NCBI GenBank assembly: GCA_964513645.1
Contig: CAZENF010000002.1
Location: 206,072-270,071, forward strand
Length of the DNA: 64,000 nucleotides
Direction of reading: 5' to 3'
Origin: an uncultured Candidatus Saccharibacteria bacterium
GTDB lineage: Bacteria; Patescibacteriota; Minisyncoccia; 2-02-FULL-40-12; GWA2-44-9
Translations under genes and position numbers: made by a program
In this document: one piece after another, positions 50,845 through 59,875 of the stretch
Numbering within the stretch: position 1 is the stretch's first letter
Layout: each line of letters opens with the position of its first letter
Notes under the pieces: generated by a model
What the model saw: the letters and a program-made list of their open reading frames with translations, nothing else
The model's database searches: none
Told to the model about the DNA's origin: nothing

Positions 50845-50848
50845 ATTT

Positions 50849-51349
50849 ATGCAAATTTTAAATATCGACTTTAGCTTGTGGTTCTTCCGAATAAAACTAT
50901 TTTCCGGCATATTGTCATTGATCTTCGGCGGGGTCGGAGTTTATTTCATAGTTCAATTCCAAAAATTAGTGGGAGTAAAAGCGCAGGCCTCGAAGCTTGC
51001 TCTGCGTCTGGACCAGGCACAGTACATGTCCGGGAGCGAATCAAAATGGGAAGAGATAAAAAGACATATCAATTCCGACCGCGAGTCAGACTGGAAACTG
51101 GCGGTTATCGACGCGGATAAATTTCTCGACGACCTGCTTAAAAAAGACGGCTATCCCGGAGAAACAATGGGAGATCGGCTAATGAGCATTGATAAGGCGC
51201 AATTTGTAAGTCTCGACGGGCTGTGGGAAGCCCATAAGATAAGGAATAAGCTTGCCCACGATGTTAATTATTTTTTGCGCTACGCCGAAGCCAAAAGAGC
51301 CATTCAGTGTTATGAAGCGGCTTTGAACGAGCTTGGTTCTACGGGTTAG
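50849..51349 (+). CDS. Hypothetical membrane-anchored protein
   Basis: 166 aa with an N-terminal TM helix. Confidence 0.45.
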   Translation: MQILNIDFSLWFFRIKLFSGILSLIFGGVGVYFIVQFQKLVGVKAQASKLALRLDQAQYMSGSESKWEEIKRHINSDRESDWKLAVIDADKFLDDLLKKDGYPGETMGDRLMSIDKAQFVSLDGLWEAHKIRNKLAHDVNYFLRYAEAKRAIQCYEAALNELGSTG

Positions 51350-51393
51350 ACTTGTGAATTTACATCCCTGAAGGCCCGTTCTATAATATATGT

Positions 51394-51864
51394 ATGAAAA
51401 AAGTTAATTTAGACAAGAAGCTTTGGACAATTGTCGGTATTTTTGCGGTGGCAACTTTTGTTGCCATGGTCGTAATAAGCAACACGTCCCAGGAGGTGCC
51501 TATGGGCCCTGGGCAGAAGGTGGTTTCACCCAAATTATCTACTCCGCCAACCTCGGTCACATCCGGTACGGCGAAACAGGTGGCGACTTATACTAATTTG
51601 GTACAGCAGTACCAGGGCCGCCATATCCAGTTTGACGCACATTGCCAGGCCATTCCGAATTACGTTACTTACAAGAACGGGACCAATGTCATGTTCGACA
51701 ACCGTTCCGGCGATGCCAGATATATTTCTGTCGGCGGCGCCAAATACTATCTACCCGGATATGGATATAGGGTCCTTACTTTATACACCAAAACCTTGCC
51801 CCAGACACTCTATCTCAATTGCGGGGCCGCAGTTAATGTCGGCAGAATTCTTCTCCAGCGTTAG
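51394..51864 (+). CDS. Hypothetical membrane-anchored/exported protein
   Basis: 156 aa with an N-terminal TM helix and a Ser/Thr-rich linker. Confidence 0.45.
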   Translation: MKKVNLDKKLWTIVGIFAVATFVAMVVISNTSQEVPMGPGQKVVSPKLSTPPTSVTSGTAKQVATYTNLVQQYQGRHIQFDAHCQAIPNYVTYKNGTNVMFDNRSGDARYISVGGAKYYLPGYGYRVLTLYTKTLPQTLYLNCGAAVNVGRILLQR

Positions 51865-51877
51865 TATATAAATTAAA

Positions 51878-51917
51878 ATAAAAAAACAATCCCGCTGTTT
51901 TGCGGGATTGTTTTTTA
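51878..51917. terminator. Bidirectional terminator between convergent genes
   Basis: Stem ACAATCCCGC/GCGGGATTGT flanked by A7 and T6. Confidence 0.65.
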
Positions 51918-52421
51918 TTGAGTGACCGTTATTCTGCCGGTATCGCTTGGTACAAGGTGATTGTGGTACATCCAGTTTCCTGTTTTGGTAATTTTAAACG
52001 ACCAGGAGCTACCGGGCTTGGTTCCGTCGCAGGCGTCGAACGAGACGTTCTTGGGATCTGGACAATGTTGGACCATCGAGGTGCCGCTGTAGAGCATGTG
52101 GGTCGGATGTATGCCTGAAGCGGTCCACATTGCACGGCTGCTCGAATTAACGAAATTCACGATTGTTCCTATTTTTATATTTAATACGTTCGGAATGTAC
52201 CCGGAGTCGGTATATTTAACCAGCACTTCCTGGGCCGATTCAGGTGGTGTGACCCTGGGCGAGACCGTTTCAGAAGACGGATAAACCTGGACCGGCGGGA
52301 TGGAAGGCGAGGGGGTTAGACTGGCAACGGTTGTCGGAGTAGGGGCTTTGAATTTTAAAAAGAGATACGTTCCTCCAACCAGGAGAAGCAGAACCACCAT
52401 CACGATTAATATTTTGGTCAT
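51915..52421 (-). CDS. Cupredoxin-like (plastocyanin-fold) exported protein, putative
   Basis: N-terminal TM/signal anchor and a PT-rich linker. Beta-strand pattern IKIGTIVNFVN. No canonical Cu-ligand quartet was confirmed. Confidence 0.4.
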   Translation of the reverse strand: MTKILIVMVVLLLLVGGTYLFLKFKAPTPTTVASLTPSPSIPPVQVYPSSETVSPRVTPPESAQEVLVKYTDSGYIPNVLNIKIGTIVNFVNSSSRAMWTASGIHPTHMLYSGTSMVQHCPDPKNVSFDACDGTKPGSSWSFKITKTGNWMYHNHLVPSDTGRITVTQ

Positions 52422-52501
52422 AATAGGGATTATATCATAAGCTATCTAAAATTAATCTCGCCTTGTCTTAAGGGGTAATTCATATTATTATATATGGATA
52501 T

Positions 52502-52568
<67 letters not shown>

Positions 52569-52574
<6 letters not shown>

Positions 52575-52629
52575 AGCAATGTGTCACCATTGGCACCAAA
52601 ACAGTCAGAAATGGCTGTTTTTGGTTTAT
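52569..52629 (+). repeat. 61-bp perfect direct repeat, copy 1. Spans the last nucleotides of tRNA-fMet plus its terminator hairpin.
   Basis: Identical to 54948-55008. Confidence 0.9.
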
Positions 52630-52647
52630 AAAATAAAAGAGAGCATT

Positions 52648-53142
52648 TTAAGCTCTCGCATCCACTAATTGAGTTTTCAGAAGAGATCCCTCCCTCACGG
52701 TTGTAAAAATCGGCCTAATGGGACCGGATGGCCAGTTGAACTGAATCGGCTTTTCGAATCTTTTAAGATCAGTAAAGAAATATCCGAATGGCAGCGGATA
52801 AACACCAGCTCGATACCCCTCTCTTTCAACCAATCTTCGTGCCTGACTACGAGTCAGATTATTGAAGTTCAGATACATCTGATACTCTTCACGTTGTTTA
52901 AGTTCTCGAACAGATACGAGTCGCCCAACCCCGATAATAATCCCGTGATTTTGTCTCCCGCTCTCGTATTCGTAATTGTTCACGCAATGCCAAGCAGTTC
53001 TTCCTGAATTATATAGAAGCACATCGCCTCGATAATCCCAATCATAGCTTCTGGTCTTTACGCCATATTCACCTAACTGTAGTCGTCCGTCCAAAAGCAT
53101 ATCGTTATATGGATACCAATTAGGAAATACCGGAAGTTTCAT
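52648..53142 (-). CDS. Hypothetical protein (orphan) inside the repeat-bounded islet
   Basis: 164 aa with an AGGAGA RBS. No family recognised. Confidence 0.5.
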   Translation of the reverse strand: MKLPVFPNWYPYNDMLLDGRLQLGEYGVKTRSYDWDYRGDVLLYNSGRTAWHCVNNYEYESGRQNHGIIIGVGRLVSVRELKQREEYQMYLNFNNLTRSQARRLVEREGYRAGVYPLPFGYFFTDLKRFEKPIQFNWPSGPIRPIFTTVREGSLLKTQLVDARA

Positions 53143-53220
53143 TAGATTCTCCTATTGTTTCAGAACTGATCCACATATTACTCTTAATCTATACTATTTC
53201 AAGCAGAAGAAAAACTATAT

Positions 53221-53274
53221 ATCTCCCCGATATTCACTATCAATTGTTGCCAATGACGGCACACTTCTGCAACA
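53221..53274 (+). repeat. 54-bp repeat element, copy A, with internal palindrome TGTTGC(N18)GCAACA
   Basis: About 87% identical to 55631-55684. Confidence 0.7.
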
Positions 53275-53285
53275 CTATAGGAGAG

Positions 53286-53311
53286 ACAGACGCCGAAACG
53301 TCTGTTTTTTC
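53286..53311 (+). terminator. Plus-oriented hairpin plus T6 immediately after repeat copy A
   Basis: Stem ACAGACG/CGTCTGT followed by TTTTTT. Confidence 0.5.
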
Positions 53312-53326
53312 TTGGCCTGTGAGGTT

Positions 53327-54859
53327 CTAACCGAGGAGTTTTATTCCGACGAGAAATGATATTAAAAGCAGGGCTATAATAATCCCTGTTTCCTGGCTTG
53401 TCATTTTGTTCGGTAGCGGTGCCGACAGGCCAGAGGGTTCTTCTGTTTGGGAAGTTGAAGGTGGCGGGGAAAGTATCTCGAATTCGGACAGAGAATAGAA
53501 AGTAGCATTATCGTTTTCGTGGACTACTTTAAGAACGTAAGGCCCGGAGGGTGCGGATAAAGGTACGGTAAACTCGGTGTCGAAAGAATCGCCGCCATTC
53601 TCAACTTCCATATTGCCAAGCTCAAATGAACTTACCGTGCCTTCTATCGATATAAAATATTTCCCTGATTCCTGGAGCCCGTCGGCATTTACGGTAAATT
53701 TGTCCCCAGCCAAAATTTTATCCGGCTTGACCGTTATGGCCGGTATCATATGAGCGTATGCGTTCTGAACTAAAAAAGAATTATCTTTTATTGGCCAGAA
53801 TAACCCTTCCTTCATAGTTTCTGTTTTATGCAAATATGCTTCGGCTCCAAAAAGCAATAATGTTGCCAGTATCAGTCCGCCAAGTACCATTATTGGTTTT
53901 CTTTTGGCAGGATGAAGATACGGATTTGTATCGATAAAAGGTATCAGCGCCAAGAGCATAAAAAGTATAGCCGGGCCGAAAATAACCGCCTTAAACCCGA
54001 AAAAATCTTCCATTCCGTAAAAAGGCAGAAATGGCCAGGGTGGTTTGGTAAGTTCGGCGCCGACTACGCCCGGAGTTCCAAGGGGGTCAGGAAAGACGAG
54101 GGCCATCAACCCGAGAACAGAGAACAGAATGAGATTGCATCCTAAAAGTTTTTTAAGATGTCCTGCAAAATTTGACTCTCCTTCACCGGCCGTTGAACGG
54201 CTGATCGCTTCAGGCGTCGGAGCCGGTGAGATCCCGTGAAGCTTTATTAAATAAAGATGAATGAACAGAAAGGATAAGAACAAAAAAACAAGAAAAGTTA
54301 TATGAGCGAAGAAGACCCGGGCTAAGATAGGGATACTGATCGCAAAACCGGAAGTGAACCATAGGCCCATGCCGCCTAAAAGTTCGCCGACCCCGATATT
54401 ATGAGTCAGCGCTTCAATCGCTTCCTGGTCCTGTTTAAGAACCGTCCCGGTGAAATAAAACGCCAGGGCCAGTACTAAAAGCATCAGGCCGGTCAGCCAG
54501 ATGAATTCCCGCGGTTTTTTATAACTTCCGGAAATAAAAACACGGACCAGGTGAAGCAGAATTATCACTATAAAAAAATTCGCGGCCCAGTAATGCAAGC
54601 TTCTTAAAAATCCTCCGAAAGGAATCATTGTCGCCAGATAAATTATGCTTTTGTAGGCGTTATCGGGGGACGGGTTATAAAATTGGGCCAAAATAATACC
54701 GGTTAAGACAAGGATTACAAAACATCCCAGAGCCACACCCCCCAACATATAAGGCGGGGTATTGGCGTGACGAGGCACACCATAATAAAGCCGCGAGATA
54801 CCAAGCCGTTCATCAAGAGCGGACCACAGGCGGCTTGAACGGAATCCATCTTTTTTCAT
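53327..54859 (-). CDS. Cytochrome b (bc-complex type) N-terminal domain fused to extra TM helices and an extracytoplasmic beta-rich domain with a C-terminal TM anchor
   Basis: Helix B signature RSLHYWAANFF...LLHLVRVFISGSYKKPRE (compare RxLHxxGAS.FF...H..RG.YYGSY..PRE). Second His pair AHITF...FIHL. 510 aa. Confidence 0.7.
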   Translation of the reverse strand: MKKDGFRSSRLWSALDERLGISRLYYGVPRHANTPPYMLGGVALGCFVILVLTGIILAQFYNPSPDNAYKSIIYLATMIPFGGFLRSLHYWAANFFIVIILLHLVRVFISGSYKKPREFIWLTGLMLLVLALAFYFTGTVLKQDQEAIEALTHNIGVGELLGGMGLWFTSGFAISIPILARVFFAHITFLVFLFLSFLFIHLYLIKLHGISPAPTPEAISRSTAGEGESNFAGHLKKLLGCNLILFSVLGLMALVFPDPLGTPGVVGAELTKPPWPFLPFYGMEDFFGFKAVIFGPAILFMLLALIPFIDTNPYLHPAKRKPIMVLGGLILATLLLFGAEAYLHKTETMKEGLFWPIKDNSFLVQNAYAHMIPAITVKPDKILAGDKFTVNADGLQESGKYFISIEGTVSSFELGNMEVENGGDSFDTEFTVPLSAPSGPYVLKVVHENDNATFYSLSEFEILSPPPSTSQTEEPSGLSAPLPNKMTSQETGIIIALLLISFLVGIKLLG

Positions 54860-54947
54860 GAGTTAATTATACTACCAACTTCTGACAAACACGAACGGCT
54901 GATAGCCGGTTGATCCCATAATTGCGGCTCGGACATCGTTCATCGCT

Positions 54948-55008
54948 CGCAACAGCAATGTGTCACCATTGGCACCAAAACAGTCAGAAATGGCTGTTTT
55001 TGGTTTAT
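54948..55008 (+). repeat. 61-bp perfect direct repeat, copy 2 (att-like duplicate of the tRNA-fMet 3' end plus terminator)
   Basis: Identical to 52569-52629. Confidence 0.9.
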
Positions 55009-55066
55009 TTTACAAATAAAGTAATTTTTGTTATTTTTCATCAGCTAATAAGAGGGGTCTTTAACA

Positions 55067-55600
55067 ATGGCGAAATCGAAAATGATAAGAATCACCTTTG
55101 AGGAGCAACTGGGCAGATTGAGATTTAATTATTGCGGTCCGGAGGGCACAGTGTCGGATTGGGTTCCGACCAAGCTGGCAGAAGAAGGCTCGAATAACGA
55201 AATTCGGAAATATGTTATCAATAAAGCACGAAAAATTATCAGGGAACAAGAACAGAAAGGGCAGCAACTAATCCGTACCCAAGAAATTATCAAGAAAACT
55301 AACATCTCGATTTCAGTAACATATAACGGTATGAAGCTAAAAGGTAGGATTACTCACAATGACGGTGGACGAGGCGGTATAGTCGTTACCCTAGAAAAGC
55401 CAAAAGCTCTTTCAGCCCAGGATACATTACAAATGTGTTTCGCTCTTGCTATGGGTGGAAAGCAGATTTTTTTACCGAATGGGAAAGTAGCTCCTTGGGC
55501 AGTAGAACGGGCAAAAGAATTGCTTGCCCAGATATATCACAAACAAATAGTTCAAAACCGAGCAAAGATATTGAATACTAATACAGATATCGCCGACTAA
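55067..55600 (+). CDS. Hypothetical protein (orphan)
   Basis: 177 aa with a GAGGGG RBS. No family recognised. Confidence 0.5.
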   Translation: MAKSKMIRITFEEQLGRLRFNYCGPEGTVSDWVPTKLAEEGSNNEIRKYVINKARKIIREQEQKGQQLIRTQEIIKKTNISISVTYNGMKLKGRITHNDGGRGGIVVTLEKPKALSAQDTLQMCFALAMGGKQIFLPNGKVAPWAVERAKELLAQIYHKQIVQNRAKILNTNTDIAD

Positions 55601-55613
55601 TCATCGGCTTTTT
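55592..55613 (+). terminator. Terminator overlapping the stop codon (GCCGACTAATCATCGGCTTTTT)
   Basis: Near-identical to the terminator at 56820-56841. Confidence 0.6.
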
Positions 55614-55630
55614 AATTTACAGAGGCATAA

Positions 55631-55684
55631 ATCTCCCCGATATTTTGAATCAATTGTTGCCAATGACGACATACTTCTGCAACA
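55631..55684 (+). repeat. 54-bp repeat element, copy B
   Basis: ATCTCCCCGATATT..CAATTGTTGCCAATGACG..CTTCTGCAACA shared with copy A. Confidence 0.7.
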
Positions 55685-55833
55685 AACAGGAAACAATCCA
55701 GCAACTTCCACAAACTCCTAGATAAAGCCGCATATTCGCCTATTAGAATACCCCCGTATCATCTCCTTTATTACTATTGACAAAACAAAAAATTAGTTAT
55801 ATTGTTTTCTTGCTCATTAAAAGAAGTAGGTAG

Positions 55834-56253
55834 ATGATGCTCTTCAAGTTGATACGAGAATTTCTGGATAGAATAGCTGATAATCATTTAAAAGCCGAAA
55901 ATCGCGAGAGAAAGTTTGTCGTAAAGTTTATTGGAACGAGGGTTGTTGAAGTAGCTTTGCGGATGTACGAAGACGACGGACATAATGAATATCTTTTTTG
56001 GTATCAGCCCGATTCTGTTTGCAATGAGTTTTTTAGAAAAGCGCAGAACCAGTTAGCAGCCGACCTAAAGTGTTGGAGCAAATTCTATAAGTGGACCAGA
56101 CGGCTTCAAAAATCTCTCTACCCGATCGCTTGGTTGCTTAATTATCTGAACAACAATCTCAAGCTCCCATTTATTTGCCACCACTATTTATATTTTTGGT
56201 CCCAGAATTTGGACTATAATACTGGCAACTGGAATATAATCTCGGAACTCTAA
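55834..56253 (+). CDS. Hypothetical protein (orphan, Trp/Tyr-rich)
   Basis: 139-aa ORF. TTGACA-N17-TATTGT promoter-like upstream. Confidence 0.45.
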   Translation: MMLFKLIREFLDRIADNHLKAENRERKFVVKFIGTRVVEVALRMYEDDGHNEYLFWYQPDSVCNEFFRKAQNQLAADLKCWSKFYKWTRRLQKSLYPIAWLLNYLNNNLKLPFICHHYLYFWSQNLDYNTGNWNIISEL

Positions 56254-56351
56254 AGCGGCGATGGCCTCTTTTTGATTTTATCTACCCACTTCATTTTACA
56301 ACCCTAACCTTAAATGCTATTTTCTCCTCAGTTCCTTATCCGGAGACCAAG

Positions 56352-56501
56352 ATGCTTCAACGCTTAGCATTTTCCGTGATTATGAGTATTCTCGTCTCTT
56401 TTCTCCTGTATTCTCTGATGACCACAAAACCGTCGAAATGCTTCAGCTGGCCTGATACTACCGGACCTGATTCAATGGCAATGAAATGGATTTGCCGCTG
56501 A
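56352..56501 (+). CDS. Possible small hydrophobic peptide (49 aa)
   Basis: ATG six nucleotides after GGAG, one predicted TM helix. A hairpin at 56521-56545 follows it. Confidence 0.25.
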   Translation: MLQRLAFSVIMSILVSFLLYSLMTTKPSKCFSWPDTTGPDSMAMKWICR

Positions 56502-56577
56502 ACGGATTTATTCCTTGATCAATACACCTATTAGGTGTATTTTGTTTATTAGTTCTTGGTTTAATACGGGGAACCGC

Positions 56578-56814
56578 ATGATCGAGAATATGAAGTTTTG
56601 GGAAAAATTAGATAAAATGCTGGGTGGGGATAAAGACCCTTTTGACGTGCCTGTTGGACCGACCAAAATGTGTATAACTGCCAGACAGTTGGTTGCTTTT
56701 GTAGATGATGGAGAAAAAGACGAAGGTGCTCTCAATGAATTTATCCAAAAACACCTGGGTGATTGCAGGGAATGCTTGGACCGACTGAATAGATACAAAG
56801 AAGTAAGAAAATAA
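56578..56814 (+). CDS. Small zf-HC2-like protein (putative anti-sigma factor-type zinc finger)
   Basis: C-terminal HLGDCRECLDRL (H-x3-C-x2-C). Start set at the internal ATG. Confidence 0.45.
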   Translation: MIENMKFWEKLDKMLGGDKDPFDVPVGPTKMCITARQLVAFVDDGEKDEGALNEFIQKHLGDCRECLDRLNRYKEVRK

Positions 56815-56819
56815 TTTGT

Positions 56820-56841
56820 GCCGACCAATCGTCGGCTTTTT
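56820..56841 (+). terminator. Terminator GCCGACCAATCGTCGGCTTTTT
   Basis: Twin of the terminator at 55592-55613. A TTGACA -35 lies immediately downstream. Confidence 0.6.
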
Positions 56842-56899
56842 ATTGACAATAAATTACAAGAAACTATCCTGTCAGCAGGACATTAAAAGGATAACTCAA

Positions 56900-58024
56900 T
56901 TGCCACAAAGAAATATAGGTATAATCGGAGCTGGCATAATAGGTACGGCTATTGCAAGATATCTAGCCCTTAGTCTTAAAGATGGCTCAAAGATAACAGT
57001 CATTGAAAAAGAACCGGGCGTCTGTATGGGGACAAGCCGGTTTAACAGCGGCGTAAATCATTCGGGATTTCACCAAAATCCAGGTTCCTTGAAAGCCGAG
57101 CTCGCTTTCCGTGGAAATCGACTGATGCAAGAATACGTTGAACAGAATCTTCCGAAAAAAAGTTATTCAAATTGTGGAATGCTAATTGCCATCTCACGGA
57201 GTGAATTGGCCAATAATCTTATTCATGATTTGCCTGATCTTGTTCATATGATAAGAAGAGGTCGGAAGCAGGGGATAAGTTTTAAATTTGTCGGACCTTT
57301 GGCAATTAAGAAAATTGAACCGAATATAAGTGCTTTGGGCGGGATATTTATACCTCAGGTATCTGTCATCGATTCTGTTGCGGTGTGTAGGTCGTTTTAC
57401 CGGGACGCCATTTCACATGGAGTTAAGTTTTACTTCAATCACTCCGTCAGCGATATTCGGCTAACCAAAAATGCCTATATCGTCAGAGCCGGGGAGGATG
57501 AATTCAGTTTTGACTGCCTGATAAATTCAGCCGGTCTTTATGCCGATGAGATATCTTCAATGGCCGGAGTCGCCGGTTACAAGATATATCCCTGGAGAGG
57601 TGAGTATTTTCAGATAGTCGGTCTTCCGGATGATTATATCCGGACTCTCGTTTATCCGGCCGTTTCTAAGAATTCTCCTGGAAAAGGAATTCATTTAAGA
57701 CCACTGATGGACGGTAAAGTTTTGGCCGGGCCGAGCGCGTTGTTAGCCAGTTCAAAAAAAGATTACAACAACCGTCTGCCAAAGGAAGTTTTTCTAAAGG
57801 CAGTGAACAAATTTTTCCCGGATATACAGGAGGATAATTTGATACAGTCCTACGCCGGTATTAGGCCTAAGCTCCGGGTGGGAGGAGAGGAAGACGATTT
57901 CGTGATAAATGTCGACAGAGAAGAACCTCTTCTAATAAACCTTATAGGAATAGAATCGCCAGGTTTGAGTGCATCAATGGCCATTGCCGAATATGTGTTT
58001 GGTCTTATGGAAAAAGTGTGGTAA
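56900..58024 (+). CDS. FAD-dependent oxidoreductase, L-2-hydroxyglutarate oxidase (LhgO)-like
   Basis: Dinucleotide-binding IGIIGAGIIGTAIA. The block GTSRFNSGVNHSGFHQNPGSLKA is typical of the LhgO/DAO family. TTG start inferred after an AAAGGA RBS. Confidence 0.65.
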   Translation: MPQRNIGIIGAGIIGTAIARYLALSLKDGSKITVIEKEPGVCMGTSRFNSGVNHSGFHQNPGSLKAELAFRGNRLMQEYVEQNLPKKSYSNCGMLIAISRSELANNLIHDLPDLVHMIRRGRKQGISFKFVGPLAIKKIEPNISALGGIFIPQVSVIDSVAVCRSFYRDAISHGVKFYFNHSVSDIRLTKNAYIVRAGEDEFSFDCLINSAGLYADEISSMAGVAGYKIYPWRGEYFQIVGLPDDYIRTLVYPAVSKNSPGKGIHLRPLMDGKVLAGPSALLASSKKDYNNRLPKEVFLKAVNKFFPDIQEDNLIQSYAGIRPKLRVGGEEDDFVINVDREEPLLINLIGIESPGLSASMAIAEYVFGLMEKVW

Positions 58025-58119
58025 CTCTTGCCCGATATTACCCATTGATCCACACCCTTTACTAAAGGCAAAATTAGTGTTATTATCTTGCCAAGTTTAC
58101 TAAAAATCGGAGAAGATTC

Positions 58120-58428
58120 GTGAGCTGTACAGCTAAGAAAAGATCTGTTAAGTTCTGTCCATTTTGCGGTTCTGACCTGATCTCTCACGTTAGTAATGGC
58201 GTTTTTTTCTGCGGTCAGATGAATCCTACCGAAGAAAGCGTTAAGGTCCAATATGCGACCGGAAAGAAATTATGTGGACGTATTTTCAGGGTGGTTTATA
58301 GTCGCAGAGTTAATGCGAATGAATTGAGAAGAAGATTTAATGATATTCAGCAGATACTTGTCCGAAAAGGGGAAATTCCTAATCCTCCCAGAAGAGGCAC
58401 TTTCCTAAATAATACAGCGGTCCGATGA
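58120..58428 (+). CDS. Small zinc-ribbon hypothetical protein
   Basis: CPFCGS...C motif. GTG start after GGAGAAG. Confidence 0.45.
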   Translation: MSCTAKKRSVKFCPFCGSDLISHVSNGVFFCGQMNPTEESVKVQYATGKKLCGRIFRVVYSRRVNANELRRRFNDIQQILVRKGEIPNPPRRGTFLNNTAVR

Positions 58429-58443
58429 TCCGGACCGTTTTTA
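58417..58443 (+). terminator. Terminator overlapping the stop codon
   Basis: Stem CGGTCCG/CGGACCG followed by T5. Confidence 0.6.
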
Positions 58444-58517
58444 TTTATATATTATCTTGAATAAACTTTGTATTATGATAAAATAATAAGTAATATTTAG
58501 TGCTTTTGCATCTCCTT

Positions 58518-58589
58518 GCCGGTGTAGTTCAATGGTTAGAACGAGGGACTCATAAGCCCTAGATAGTAGTTCGATTCTACTCACCGGCA
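58518..58589 (+). tRNA. tRNA-Met (CAU anticodon; elongator Met or tRNA-Ile2 precursor cannot be distinguished)
   Basis: Acceptor GCCGGTG/CACCGGC, anticodon loop CTCATAA, T-loop TTCGATT. Confidence 0.7.
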
Positions 58590-58591
58590 CT

Positions 58592-59875
58592 ATGGATAAA
58601 GATTCATTAAAACACCATTTTCACACTTTTGATTCAGGGCTGCGTTTAGTCGTGGTGCCGATGCCGGCAACCAAAACCGCGACGGCTTTTGTCTTGGTCG
58701 GAACCGGTTCCAAATATGAGACTAAAGAGATAAACGGCATCTCCCACTTCCTCGAACACATGATGTTCAAGGGTACGGCTAAACGGCCGGACAAGCTTCA
58801 AATCGCCAGAGAGCTCGAGGGAATAGGAGCAAATTTCAATGCCTTCACCGGCAAGGAATATACTGGCTACTATGCCAAGGCCAGTGCTTCAAAGCTCGAT
58901 AAAATAACCGATGTTGTTTTTGATATTTTTTTGAACTCCCGTTTGGCGGCCGAAGATATCGACGTCGAAAGAGGGGTAATAATCGAAGAGATAAATATGT
59001 ACCGCGACCTGCCGCAACGTTATGTTGGAGAACTTTTTGAAAGACTGTTGTATGGCGACCAGCCGGCTGGCTGGGACATTGCCGGAGAAAAAGAAATTAT
59101 AACTTCGCTTAAACAGAAGCAGTTCGTTGATTATTTCAATACTCATTATATTTCATCCAATACTATTGTTGCGGTGGCCGGGAATATCGATGCTGAACAG
59201 GTCAAAAAAACAACCGAGGAATATTTTAAAAATATCCGCCAAGCGAAGAAAATATCAAAACTTGCGGTAAAAGAAGAACAATCATCACCGCAAGCCCTGA
59301 TACATTACAAAAAAACCGACCAGACTCATTTTGTTTTGGGTTTCCGGGGTTACGATATGTTTCATAAACAAAAATATGCCGCGAGTGTATTGGCTTTGGT
59401 TCTTGGCGGCGGAATGAGTTCGCGTTTGTTCCAGGAGGTCAGGGACAAAAGAGGCCTGGCTTATTACGTCGGTGCCGATTCGGAGAATAATACCGACACT
59501 GGTGTTTTTGCCGCTTCGGCCGGGGTTAATAATGACAAAACAATGGAAGCGATCAAAGTAATAATGGAAGAGTTTTATAAAATTAAAGAAAAAGGCATCA
59601 CTTCGGAGGAGCTTCAGCACGCCAAAGACCAAATCGAAGGCAGTATGGCCATATCTCTTGAGAACTCGATGACCATTGCCCAGTCATATGCCTGGCCGAT
59701 TTTGTTCGAAAACAAGGTTTTGACCCCGGAGGAAGAACTCGGTAAAATAAAGAGTGTAACCCTCGATGATGTTTCGGCGGTGGCCAAAGACACTTTCGAC
59801 AATAAAAAGCTCAATCTCAGTCTGATAGGGCCTTTCAAAGAAGACGAACCGTTCAAGCAAATTCTTAAGTTATAA
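58592..59875 (+). CDS. M16 family zinc peptidase (insulinase-like)
   Basis: Inverted zinc motif HFLEH...E. 427 aa. Confidence 0.8.
   Translation: MDKDSLKHHFHTFDSGLRLVVVPMPATKTATAFVLVGTGSKYETKEINGISHFLEHMMFKGTAKRPDKLQIARELEGIGANFNAFTGKEYTGYYAKASASKLDKITDVVFDIFLNSRLAAEDIDVERGVIIEEINMYRDLPQRYVGELFERLLYGDQPAGWDIAGEKEIITSLKQKQFVDYFNTHYISSNTIVAVAGNIDAEQVKKTTEEYFKNIRQAKKISKLAVKEEQSSPQALIHYKKTDQTHFVLGFRGYDMFHKQKYAASVLALVLGGGMSSRLFQEVRDKRGLAYYVGADSENNTDTGVFAASAGVNNDKTMEAIKVIMEEFYKIKEKGITSEELQHAKDQIEGSMAISLENSMTIAQSYAWPILFENKVLTPEEELGKIKSVTLDDVSAVAKDTFDNKKLNLSLIGPFKEDEPFKQILKL

Noticed and set aside
52630-54947. Integrase or recombinase expected inside the repeat-bounded islet
   Set aside because: Neither cargo protein shows tyrosine or serine recombinase motifs (no R..H..R..Y, no catalytic Ser N-terminal domain). 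The islet is therefore described as an att-like footprint without a recognisable integrase.
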